DNA of 58,275 nucleotides. Source: an uncultured bacterium. GTDB taxonomy: Bacteria; Fidelibacterota; UBA2242. Under the pieces are notes generated by a model that saw only the letters and a list, made by a program, of their open reading frames with translations, made no database searches and was not told the DNA's origin. This document shows, piece by piece, positions 28,196 to 37,336 of this stretch (position 1 is the stretch's first letter; every line of letters starts with the position of its first letter). The position numbers and the translations under genes were made by a program. The DNA is taken from positions 1 to 58,275 of the forward strand of contig CAZAKB010000003.1 in the NCBI GenBank assembly GCA_964485475.1, in the 5' to 3' direction.

Positions 28196-29665
28196 TTAAA
28201 CCGGGATGATAATGCGAATCAAGCAACCGCCGTTTTCCGGATTTTCAGCATTTATCTTCCAGCCGCATCGTCTGGTGCTCAGTTCATAAGCAATATAGCA
28301 GCCATAGCCTGAATTCTTGGCGTTTTCCCGGGTTGATGTATGTTCAAGAAAAATCTCTTTGATGCCCTGCGGACTGGCACGCAACATTTCCGGTTCAATA
28401 CCCCGGCCATTATCCATCAATAAAATTTCCGAATATCCCTTATCGGGATAATTGCGAGTCTGGATGGTTATCAAAATATTTTTTTTCTTGTTATGATCAA
28501 TACTGTTCTGAATCAACGGCTCAAGGATTTCCCAGACCACATATTCATTAATATGCACTAATGGCATTTTCTGATCCAAATCCAATTCAAATTCATATCC
28601 CCGTTTTTCGTGATAAACTCGCTTGAATAGATAATTCACTAAAAATTCAATGACCTGGTTAATATCGGTTTTAAACATAGGATTACGGGTGGCATGTACG
28701 GGCGGGTCATACCATTTCATATCATATATAACGCGGGAAATGAAATTGGAATACCGGGTGACCACGTACTTGAATTTCTGGATATTGGCGGTGGTGAGTT
28801 CCCGAATCTCCTCCTTGATAAATCCCATCACTTTTTCAGCCTTATGATGAGCGTGATAAATTCGTTTCGTGAACAGGGCTTCTTTTTGATGGGCAACTTC
28901 AGCCATTACCTGCTTCTCGCGTTCCTTGTACAGCTGCTCCTGCGCCATATCCCGCTCTTTCACCGTATAGGATGTAATATAAAACATCGCCAGCAACCCG
29001 AATAATATCAACGCTGTAAATAAAATGCCGGTTTCATCATAAACTGTGGAAATTTCACGCGTAATATTGCTGACGTCCGGAGTAATTTTAATATAGACAA
29101 CACCTTCAAACTCACCTTTGGGAACGAAAGGAACCAGCACGTGAAAAGAACTGATATTGTCCCAGTCGCAAAAAATCTGTTCTGTCTGACGCAAATCCTC
29201 AGCCAAGACGCGATAGCGGGAAATCGCTTCAGAGTAGTGTTTCGCATGAGACTGCTGGGGTGGCAGGTTATAATAGATAAAATTGAACAAGTCGTTACCT
29301 TCGTCGATTGCCCAGTCCGTGCTATCAATTGTAAAAATTAGACAAATATAATCCACGTTTTGCTGCAGGGTTTGCTGATTCAGGATGATATCGAAGGCTT
29401 GGATGATATTTTGACGGGATTCATCAAACTGGATTTTGCTTAGCTGGCTTTGTTCCAGCAGTAATTCCAGAGAAGTGGTCACCAAATTGCCCAACCGAAT
29501 GGCAGAGTCCTTACGGTAAAGATCCATGGTCTGTTCGATCAATGCTTTGCTGGAGATTTTATTCAGATACGACAGGACAACCTGAAATGTCGCCAGGATA
29601 ATAAACAGGACGATGAAATGTCTGATTTCAAAACGATATTTTCGAATGCGCTTCTGTAAACCCAT
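28196..29665 (-). CDS. Membrane sensor histidine kinase with atypical H-box
   Basis: Two TM helices around a periplasmic domain; HATPase N box EPLIQNSIDH, G1 DNGRGI, G2 SGYGCYI; H-box region RIYHAHHKAEK is non-canonical. Confidence 0.85.
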   Translation of the reverse strand: MGLQKRIRKYRFEIRHFIVLFIILATFQVVLSYLNKISSKALIEQTMDLYRKDSAIRLGNLVTTSLELLLEQSQLSKIQFDESRQNIIQAFDIILNQQTLQQNVDYICLIFTIDSTDWAIDEGNDLFNFIYYNLPPQQSHAKHYSEAISRYRVLAEDLRQTEQIFCDWDNISSFHVLVPFVPKGEFEGVVYIKITPDVSNITREISTVYDETGILFTALILFGLLAMFYITSYTVKERDMAQEQLYKEREKQVMAEVAHQKEALFTKRIYHAHHKAEKVMGFIKEEIRELTTANIQKFKYVVTRYSNFISRVIYDMKWYDPPVHATRNPMFKTDINQVIEFLVNYLFKRVYHEKRGYEFELDLDQKMPLVHINEYVVWEILEPLIQNSIDHNKKKNILITIQTRNYPDKGYSEILLMDNGRGIEPEMLRASPQGIKEIFLEHTSTRENAKNSGYGCYIAYELSTRRCGWKINAENPENGGCLIRIIIPV

Positions 29666-29672
29666 AAGTGGT

Positions 29673-30986
29673 CTAATCCATTAGAAATTGTCGTTTTCGA
29701 ATTTGTTCTTCAGTCTTTTCTAATGCCTCCTCGGCGCTGATTTCATTTTTCAGTACTTTATTCAAATACAAAGACAGAATATCTGAAATTTTGGTATAAT
29801 CCGAGAGCATGGGGCGATGAGTGCCGTATTCCATCATGGCTTGTAATTGGGTTATGTAAGGATACTTCTGCAGGATTTTGGGATCCTTGTATATATCCTC
29901 TGAGATAGGCAGATAGCCGGAGGTCTCAAACAAGATTTCCTGCACTTCGTCGGATATTGTGTACTCCAAAAATTTCATGGCAGCGACTTTATTCGTAGAA
30001 TATCTGGAAATCATCAAATTCCAGCCGCCAAAAACAGTGGCTGGAGAATATTCCTTGAAATAGGGCGGCAGCGCTGCACGTAGGTATTTGACTTTGACCG
30101 AATCGGCATTGGGTATAGCCATGTCTTTCAAAAAACTTGACCAGCCCCGAAAGAACGGCGCATCTTTTTCAAGAGCATAAAAATACGAAATCCTTTCATT
30201 AAACCCCGCCGTTTCTACCGGCACATATTTATAACGAAAAATTAAATCGTATAAAAACTGAGTCGCCTGGCGCCCTTTTGCAGAATTGATAACAAGTCTG
30301 CCGTCATCGATTATACTGCCCCCCATTCCTTTCAGAATTTCTATGTAATTACAAATCAAGCCCTCATAATCGTCGCCCTGCAGGACATACAAAGGACGTA
30401 TGTCAGGATGCCTGTCTCCAAAAGCAAACAATTCTTCCCACGTGACCCCCCTTTCGATACTCTGCTGTAACTCTGTCTCATGCAGTTGCTCCAGAATATC
30501 ACTGCGATAGTACATGACCCCGATATCTATATAGAGAGGTAATCCGACTAACATATTTTTATAATAGCACGTACTGAGCGCCTGTGGAAGAATGCGATTT
30601 AAATGTGTCTGCATAAAATACCGGGACAATGGCTCGCACCATTTGGTAAATCGTGGCACCCAAATCTGATCGACGGCGAATATATCAATCCGGCTGCCAC
30701 GGCTCCTCAGTGAACGGGCCAGTAATTCCTTCCGTTCATTGGTTGTGAATTTTGAAAAAGGTAAATCTATAGGAATAATCTCAATTTCACCCGCATATTT
30801 GGCATTGAACTTCCGAATAATTATCTGATGAGCTTCCGACATATTGTCAGCGAAATAGAGTTTGGTTACTCCCTGAGACGGAACCCGGTCTTTGTTAAAA
30901 AAAATCAGGTTAATAACCAGCACCATAATAATAGCCAGAATAAAGATAGTGAAAAATATCCCGTATATTTCGCGCCGGCTCTTCAT
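29673..30986 (-). CDS. Extracellular sugar-binding protein (ABC SBP family 1), membrane-anchored
   Basis: IDIFAVDQIWVPRF, GLPLYIDIGVMYYRSDIL, YEGLICN and GGWNLMISRYS..AAMKFLEY motifs; N-terminal TM helix; no permease or ATPase genes in the window. Confidence 0.9.
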   Translation of the reverse strand: MKSRREIYGIFFTIFILAIIMVLVINLIFFNKDRVPSQGVTKLYFADNMSEAHQIIIRKFNAKYAGEIEIIPIDLPFSKFTTNERKELLARSLRSRGSRIDIFAVDQIWVPRFTKWCEPLSRYFMQTHLNRILPQALSTCYYKNMLVGLPLYIDIGVMYYRSDILEQLHETELQQSIERGVTWEELFAFGDRHPDIRPLYVLQGDDYEGLICNYIEILKGMGGSIIDDGRLVINSAKGRQATQFLYDLIFRYKYVPVETAGFNERISYFYALEKDAPFFRGWSSFLKDMAIPNADSVKVKYLRAALPPYFKEYSPATVFGGWNLMISRYSTNKVAAMKFLEYTISDEVQEILFETSGYLPISEDIYKDPKILQKYPYITQLQAMMEYGTHRPMLSDYTKISDILSLYLNKVLKNEISAEEALEKTEEQIRKRQFLMD

Positions 30987-31208
30987 TCTTATCTTTCTAT
31001 TTTATCTTCTTAGCTTATTTATCACAATAGTCGAATATAATCTGTGTGAATTAATCTTCCAATGGGAATGTTTTTAAACATTTTTGAGGTTTTTAACGAA
31101 TTTCCTACAATCTGGCAACCTTCACGTTTTCTGAATTTTCAGAACATATTACATTATGCTCTCTAATGAGAGTGCATTATTGTGGAATTTTGTACTGGCC
31201 GGATATGC

Positions 31209-33656
31209 CTATCCCATCACTACGAGCACGGTATGGTCTTTATCGTCATTAAAAAGCGGCACGATATTGGTGTCAAGTACCATTCCGTCAACGGAAACTG
31301 ACTTCACACCTTTGGAAATATAGTCCGGATTTGTCACGGAAATATTGTAAGTGGCATTGCGAAATTTCCGGGTCACTTTGAATTCTTTCCAATCTCTCGG
31401 AATACAGGGATCGATTTTCAGGCCTTTAAATTCCGGCTGCACCCCAAGAATGAATTGTGAAATGGCCACAAAAGACCAGGCGGCTGTTCCGGTAAGCCAG
31501 GAGTTTTTGCCTTCGCCTGGAGTCGGTACGTCGCTACCGGCTGTCATTTGCGAGTAAACATAGGGTTCTGCCCTGTAAATATCGATCTGGTCTTCTTTGG
31601 ACGATGGCAGAATGGCCTTGTAATATTCCATAGCCTGATCACCGTGTCCCAGCATGGTTTCAGCAATCTGAATCCAGGTATTGTTGTGGGTGAAAATACC
31701 GGCGTTCTCCTTGTTGCCCGGGGGATAAGAACTCACTTCGCCAAGATTCGGATGGTATGTCTGGTAGGCCGGCTGTTGTAGCTTGATTCCGTTGGGTTCA
31801 ACCAGATGTTTTTTTACGCTTTTAAGTGCCCTCTCAGCGAAACCGTTTTCCAGTCCGACTTTTCCCAGAATACACCAGCCCTGGCTCTCAATAAAAATTT
31901 TGCCTTCGTCACAAATTTCTGATCCAATTACATCGCCATTGGCATCATAAGCACGCTTGAACCATTCGCCGTCCCACCCGTGCTTATAAATTGTCTGACG
32001 CATGTTTTCACCTTTTTGGGCTGTCGCTGCTGCCAGATCATCTTCTTTCAGTTCTTTGTAAATGGATTCCATATCATCACAAGCACGACAGAAGAGTCCG
32101 GCAATCATAACGGATTCAGCAGTTTTGCCATCACCTTCATCTTCCGTCAACTGAAAACTTTCACCCGGAGTTGAAGAATAGCAATTTAGATTCAAGCAAT
32201 CGTTCCAATCAGCGTGCCCAATAAGCGGAAGTTCATGAGGTCCAAGATTTTGCAATGTAAAATCAATGGACAGTTCCAGGTGGTTCATTAAAGTCGCAGA
32301 TTTGTCGGTCAGGTCCGCATAGCCGGTTTTTTCATCAAGAACAGTGAAATCGCCGGTCTCTTTTAGATAGGCTGTTGTGGATAATATCAACCAAAGGTGG
32401 TCATCCATAAATCCGCCGCCAATGTCCGCATTGCCTTTTTTTGTCAGAGGCTGATATTGATGAAAACAAGTTCCATCAGTCAACTGGGTTGAGGCAATGT
32501 CAAGAATTCTCTGACGTGCTCTTTGAGGCTGATAATGTACATATCCAAGCACATCCTGATTGGAGTCTCTGTAGCCCATGCCGCGACCGATACCGGATTC
32601 ATAAAAAGATGTCGCCCTAGAGAAATTCAGTGTGGCCATACATTGGTATTGGTTCCAGATATTGACCGAGCGGTCCACACGATCATCTCCGGTTTCCGCC
32701 TGGTAAATTGAGAGCCATTTCGTCCATTGTTCTTTCATGTCTTCAAGGGCTTTTTTGGCAATAGCATTGTCCTTGAAAACTTCGCTGATTTTTATGTATT
32801 CTTCTTTGTTAATGACGTGTGGCGCTAGGAATTTATTGTTTGGTTCATTTTCCGCGTAACCCAACAGGAAGGTCATTTTCTGCTCGTCACCGGTTTCAAT
32901 TTCCAGGTCAATCTGGTGGGAACCAATGGGCGCCCATCCGTATGCGATGCTGTCGGTTGCTTTGCCATCTTTTACCACTTTTGGCATTTCCAGTCCGTTA
33001 TACATTCCAACGAAGGCATCTCGACTGGTATCAAAGCCGGAGATTTCACGGTTCACAGAAAAATAGGCATAATGATTGCGTCTTTCACGATATTCGGTTT
33101 TATGGAAAATCGCGGAACCTTCCACTTCCACCTGTCCGATAGAAAAATTTCGTTGAAAATTGGTCATGTCATCCATAGCGTCCCAAAGACACCATTCCAC
33201 AAAAGTCCAGAGACGGAGATTTTTCTTTTTATCGCTGAGGTTTTTAATCGAAACCATCCATACCTCATTGCGGTAACCAAGCGGAATGAAAAAAGTGACG
33301 GCAATTTCCACATCATTTTTTCGTCCGGTAATGGTAGTGTAGCCCAGTCCATGACGGCATTCGTAACGATCCAGTTTGACGCGTACCGGTTTCCACATGG
33401 GAGTCCATTTTTCATCACCATCCTGAATGTAAAGATAACGGCCATTGTTGTCCATTGGGATGGAATTGTATCTGTAGCGGGTGAGGCGACGGAGTTTCGC
33501 GTCCTGGAAAAAGGAATATCCGCCGGCCGTGTTCGAAATGATTCCAAAAAATTCTTCACTGCCCAGATAATTGATCCATGGCAATGGCGTGTCCGGGCGA
33601 GTAATCACATATTCTTTATTATTATCATCAAAATATCCGTATTTCATCTTTCCCAT
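31209..33656 (-). CDS. cbp: GH94 cellobiose phosphorylase
   Basis: MKYGYFDD..EYVITRPDTPLPWINYLG, RRLTRYRYN, GRGMGYRDSNQD, catalytic HADWNDCLNLNC, KENAGIF and KNSWLTGTAAW motifs; no signal peptide. Start 33656 or 33647. Confidence 0.9.
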   Translation of the reverse strand: MGKMKYGYFDDNNKEYVITRPDTPLPWINYLGSEEFFGIISNTAGGYSFFQDAKLRRLTRYRYNSIPMDNNGRYLYIQDGDEKWTPMWKPVRVKLDRYECRHGLGYTTITGRKNDVEIAVTFFIPLGYRNEVWMVSIKNLSDKKKNLRLWTFVEWCLWDAMDDMTNFQRNFSIGQVEVEGSAIFHKTEYRERRNHYAYFSVNREISGFDTSRDAFVGMYNGLEMPKVVKDGKATDSIAYGWAPIGSHQIDLEIETGDEQKMTFLLGYAENEPNNKFLAPHVINKEEYIKISEVFKDNAIAKKALEDMKEQWTKWLSIYQAETGDDRVDRSVNIWNQYQCMATLNFSRATSFYESGIGRGMGYRDSNQDVLGYVHYQPQRARQRILDIASTQLTDGTCFHQYQPLTKKGNADIGGGFMDDHLWLILSTTAYLKETGDFTVLDEKTGYADLTDKSATLMNHLELSIDFTLQNLGPHELPLIGHADWNDCLNLNCYSSTPGESFQLTEDEGDGKTAESVMIAGLFCRACDDMESIYKELKEDDLAAATAQKGENMRQTIYKHGWDGEWFKRAYDANGDVIGSEICDEGKIFIESQGWCILGKVGLENGFAERALKSVKKHLVEPNGIKLQQPAYQTYHPNLGEVSSYPPGNKENAGIFTHNNTWIQIAETMLGHGDQAMEYYKAILPSSKEDQIDIYRAEPYVYSQMTAGSDVPTPGEGKNSWLTGTAAWSFVAISQFILGVQPEFKGLKIDPCIPRDWKEFKVTRKFRNATYNISVTNPDYISKGVKSVSVDGMVLDTNIVPLFNDDKDHTVLVVMG

Positions 33657-33660
33657 GGCT

Positions 33661-35349
33661 TTAATTTTCCTGTGTTTTGCTGAAATTAAAATACTCAATC
33701 CTTACCGTTCCGGTCAAGGCCTGAACCTGAAACCGGTTCTTCCCTTCCCGGAATTTAATATCGTTCATTTGAATTTCCTGCCAACCAACTCCGGTAATTT
33801 CTTGCACTTTTTCAAAATCGTTTATAATTAATGTAATCTTGCTTTTTTCGGAATCGCTGTTGATTTTTATAATGCATTTATAATAATCAGGTTTGCAGCT
33901 GCGAATCTGATAAGCGGTCCACTCTCCTTCATTAAGCACAATATTCTGAATAGAATTCCAGTCAGAAATATTCTCAACCGATTCAATTTTTACGGGTTCC
34001 TGTTTGCGATAATATTCTGATCGGAACAGCGTATCATTGACGAAGTAGGAATTCATATAACCATCATGACCGTAATTCACAGCCGCCACTCGGCCGGGAA
34101 TCTGTCGGAAAAGGGAATTGTAGACTTCTGTGGTGAAGCGACAATTTTCAAACAGAATGTTTCCCAGAAATTCATCTAGAACTCGAATCGCCTCATTTTT
34201 CGAAGGTTTGGGGCCGCCTTTTGAATAATTTGCTATTAATTCCCAGTCCTTCGGGCGGTTTATCGAGCAGAGGCCATTCGTCCGGTCCAGTTTTTTCCAC
34301 GGCCAGAACGACCAGCCGATATTATTTTTTTCAAAGAGCTGGGTCGTAGCCCAGTAAACAGGAAGATTCTTTTCACCGGTTTCACCAACCCAGATTGGCG
34401 CATTCAATTTTTCCCGATACTTAATATACTGATTAATTGAATTCAGTTCATCCGGCCGGTTCCAGCAGTAGTAATGAAACTGATACACCAAATTGTCATC
34501 GAACGTCTCTGAAAAAATAGACCAGTCGTTTGACCAATTAATGCCTTCAAGGAAAATCACGTGTCTGGAATCGATTTGACGTATCCGGGTGGTCAGTTTT
34601 TTATAAAGTGGCTCCACCAAATGGCCATATTTTTCCGCCGCTCCGGTTCGTTCGGGAAGAGGCTCATTCAATAAGTCATAGCCGGCAATTATCGGTTCAT
34701 CTTTGTAGCGCCGGACAATCTCCAGCCACAGTTTGATGAGTCGTTCCTCAAATTTCTTATCCATAAATAATTCCGGCAAATCATTGGGGCCATCGTCAAT
34801 ATTTTGCCCGGTCTGACCGCCCGGCGCGCCATGCATGTCCAGTATAATATAGACGCCGTACTTCTTACACCAAGTGACCAAACTGTCCAGATATTGAAAA
34901 TTTTCCATGATAATACGGGCGGAGTCATCTTCCGTCATGAAAACCCTGGCGTTTAACGCCGGGCGAACCGAGTTGAAGCCCAATTCCCTGATTTTCCGGA
35001 TATCGGCCTCTCTGATGAAATTCCGCCGAAACCGCTGCCAAAAACGGGCACTATATTCGACGTCAGTCATTTCCAGAATCAATTTTTCTATCTTGCGCGG
35101 CCGGTCCCCTTTTTCACCGAAATGCCACATGTAGCCTTCCGGTAAAAGCCAGTTGCCCAGCCCGACCCCTCGTAGAAAAACCTTTTCACCATCTTCATTC
35201 ACAATATCATGCCCGGTCACCCGTAAAAAAGTGGCCGGTCTTTCAGAAATGGTTCTTTCACCGCATGACATCAGCAATGTCACAACTAAACTAATCACGA
35301 CCGGGAGCCATGTCCTACTTTGCCTCTGTATTTTCAATTGACAATACAT
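33661..35349 (-). CDS. GH5 (GH5_46-like) glucanase lipoprotein with CBM6-like C-terminus
   Basis: LMSC lipobox; LRGVGLGNWLLPEGYMW, ILDMHGAPGGQ, YDLLNEP, WVGETGE and WSFWPWKK motifs; paralog of 5278-7257. Confidence 0.88.
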   Translation of the reverse strand: MYCQLKIQRQSRTWLPVVISLVVTLLMSCGERTISERPATFLRVTGHDIVNEDGEKVFLRGVGLGNWLLPEGYMWHFGEKGDRPRKIEKLILEMTDVEYSARFWQRFRRNFIREADIRKIRELGFNSVRPALNARVFMTEDDSARIIMENFQYLDSLVTWCKKYGVYIILDMHGAPGGQTGQNIDDGPNDLPELFMDKKFEERLIKLWLEIVRRYKDEPIIAGYDLLNEPLPERTGAAEKYGHLVEPLYKKLTTRIRQIDSRHVIFLEGINWSNDWSIFSETFDDNLVYQFHYYCWNRPDELNSINQYIKYREKLNAPIWVGETGEKNLPVYWATTQLFEKNNIGWSFWPWKKLDRTNGLCSINRPKDWELIANYSKGGPKPSKNEAIRVLDEFLGNILFENCRFTTEVYNSLFRQIPGRVAAVNYGHDGYMNSYFVNDTLFRSEYYRKQEPVKIESVENISDWNSIQNIVLNEGEWTAYQIRSCKPDYYKCIIKINSDSEKSKITLIINDFEKVQEITGVGWQEIQMNDIKFREGKNRFQVQALTGTVRIEYFNFSKTQEN

Positions 35350-35370
35350 GCTGCCTCTTTTCCCTGATTG

Positions 35371-37155
35371 TTATTTTGTATCGTAAAATTCTTTCAACAC
35401 GAACCAAGCCTGTTTTTTGTCACCCTTGTCTGTGACCAGTCCTTTTCTGTTCCAGAAGTCCTGTATCTGCGGTAAATGCCGACGCGGCGACTTGAAATCT
35501 TTCAGGATCCAGGGACTTATTCCTTTGATAAAATCCACTTTCCGGAACATGGCAATGTTTTCACGATACAGATTTGCCTGGTATTCTTCCGACCAGCGCG
35601 TAAGTTCATCACCATGCATCCCGTACAGTGCGCCGCCACCGAATTCGCTGATGATCACCGGTTTGTCGTAAACCGTCCGCCAGGTCATGGTCTGGCATTT
35701 TTCCGGCAGACCGTCGTACCAGCCGATATAGGCGTTGCATCCTAGCACATCCACAATTTTCCCAAAAGTATCATCAATCATCTGGGTGGTTTCATTGATA
35801 TAGTGCCGCTCCATGGCTGCCGTGATCAGCCGGGTGTTATCCATTTCCCGGGCTTTGGCTACCAGCCGTGATAAAAAAGTGAACCGCTCATCGGATGGCG
35901 GCGTTTCATTGGCCACGGACCACAAAATAACTGAAGCACGGTTTTTATCCCGGGTGATCATTTCCGTCAGCTGATTTTCGGCATTCTGATACGTGTTTTC
36001 ATTATCCCAGGAAATCGTCCAGTAAACCGGAATCTCCGCCCAGACGAGCAGTCCAATCTCATCGGCTGTTTTCAGCATGGCTTCATTGTGGGTGTAATGG
36101 GCCAGCCGCACAAAATTGCAGGACAAATCCTTGGCCCAGCCGAGCAGTACCTTGGCATGGTCTTCAGAAAACGCTCTTCCACCGTCCTGATATGCGGCCT
36201 CCTCATGAATGGAAATTCCTTTCAGGAAAACCGGTTCTCCGTTCAGCAGAATCTCATCCCCCCTGGTTTCGATGGTCCGGAATCCGATTTTGTCACATAT
36301 TTTCTCATCGTTGGTGACAATTCTTACATCGTAGAGTTTTGGATTTTCCGGACGCCATAAGATCGGCTCTTTTTTGATTTCGAATTTTCCAAATCCCTCT
36401 TTATCGGCCATTATTTTTTCCGAAACGCCGAGTTCGGGAATGTCAATCCGAATATGTTTAGCCAGATGGTTGCCGTCAATTTTTACCCAGCCGGCGATGA
36501 TTTCCCTGTTGCCTTTTTTCAGCTGAACGAAATAATCCTTCACAAAGGATTCCGGCGTTTCGATCAGCAGCACCTGTCGAGTGATACCGCCATAATTGTA
36601 CCAGTCAGTATTGACCGCCGGCACAGCATCCTGGAAACGTTTATTATCAGATTTGACGACGATGAAATTGTCTTTTCCCCGGACTCCGTCAGTAATCTCA
36701 AACTGAAAAGGCGTGAATCCCCCTTCATGCCCGCCTAAAATTTCGCCATTTAGCCACACTTTGGCATCATAATTAACTGCGCCGAAATAGAGGAACAGCC
36801 GGCGGTTTGACGGCAGGTCATAATCAAAGGATTTCTTATACCATATTGTCCCTTCGTAAAACAATAGTTTTTCCTGCTGGGAATTCCAGTCCCCAGGTAC
36901 GGTGAGTATTTCATCGGTATCGAAACTGTACTCCACCAGGTCCCAGCGGTTCTGCTGTTGCGCATTCTTGAAATAGCCATTGGTACTGGGTTCATAACGA
37001 TAGTTGTAATAACCGTTTTCATAAGGATCAATGATAATATGCCATTTCCCGTTAAGGTATGTCGTTTTTCGGGCGTTGACATTGATCATCACTGAACCGA
37101 AAATTGTCGTAAACAACACCAGTCCGATACTTACAATACACATTGTACTTTTCAT
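35371..37155 (-). CDS. GH2 beta-glucuronidase-like hydrolase
   Basis: YFGAVNY, HEGGFTPF, DWYNYGGITR, RLAHY, WSVANE and SEFG motifs, plus the WNRKG (N-x-K-G) motif typical of glucuronidases; signal peptide. Confidence 0.85.
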   Translation of the reverse strand: MKSTMCIVSIGLVLFTTIFGSVMINVNARKTTYLNGKWHIIIDPYENGYYNYRYEPSTNGYFKNAQQQNRWDLVEYSFDTDEILTVPGDWNSQQEKLLFYEGTIWYKKSFDYDLPSNRRLFLYFGAVNYDAKVWLNGEILGGHEGGFTPFQFEITDGVRGKDNFIVVKSDNKRFQDAVPAVNTDWYNYGGITRQVLLIETPESFVKDYFVQLKKGNREIIAGWVKIDGNHLAKHIRIDIPELGVSEKIMADKEGFGKFEIKKEPILWRPENPKLYDVRIVTNDEKICDKIGFRTIETRGDEILLNGEPVFLKGISIHEEAAYQDGGRAFSEDHAKVLLGWAKDLSCNFVRLAHYTHNEAMLKTADEIGLLVWAEIPVYWTISWDNENTYQNAENQLTEMITRDKNRASVILWSVANETPPSDERFTFLSRLVAKAREMDNTRLITAAMERHYINETTQMIDDTFGKIVDVLGCNAYIGWYDGLPEKCQTMTWRTVYDKPVIISEFGGGALYGMHGDELTRWSEEYQANLYRENIAMFRKVDFIKGISPWILKDFKSPRRHLPQIQDFWNRKGLVTDKGDKKQAWFVLKEFYDTK

Positions 37156-37231
37156 CAATCTACCTCTGTTTTCGGTTTATTATCGGCATTTTCTGTCATG
37201 TTCAGAGCTATTGCATATGCTCTTGGCCGCA

Positions 37232-37247
37232 ACAAAAAGCACGCCAA
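37232..37247 (-). promoter_or_regulatory. Putative sigma54 -24/-12 promoter
   Basis: Minus strand TTGGCGTGCTTTTTGT (GG-N10-GT), upstream of GH2-GH5-GH94. Confidence 0.6.
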
Positions 37248-37278
37248 TTCTAATTGCTGAAAACTATTTCCAATTTCC

Positions 37279-37316
37279 TTTTAATTTTGATAATGTTTTC
37301 TTTATTAAATAAAGAA
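37279..37316. promoter_or_regulatory. Degenerate tandem putative activator sites
   Basis: TTTTAATTTTGATAA (37279-37293) and TTATTAAATAAAGAA (37302-37316), 23-bp period, only ~32 bp from the promoter. Confidence 0.5.
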
Positions 37317-37336
37317 TTCCCATCCTCAGGATTATT

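Noticed and set aside
29673-30986. ABC sugar transporter operon
   Set aside because: No permease or ATPase genes in the window; the binding protein is coupled to the kinase gene instead.
31126-31183. Hairpins downstream of GH94 as a terminator
   Set aside because: Imperfect stems without a clear U-tract on the coding strand.
32916-33683. Long plus-strand ORFs opposite real genes (also 43813-44430, 47736-48329, 49966-50685 and many shorter ones)
   Set aside because: Antisense shadows of motif-rich CAZyme genes with no recognisable domains.
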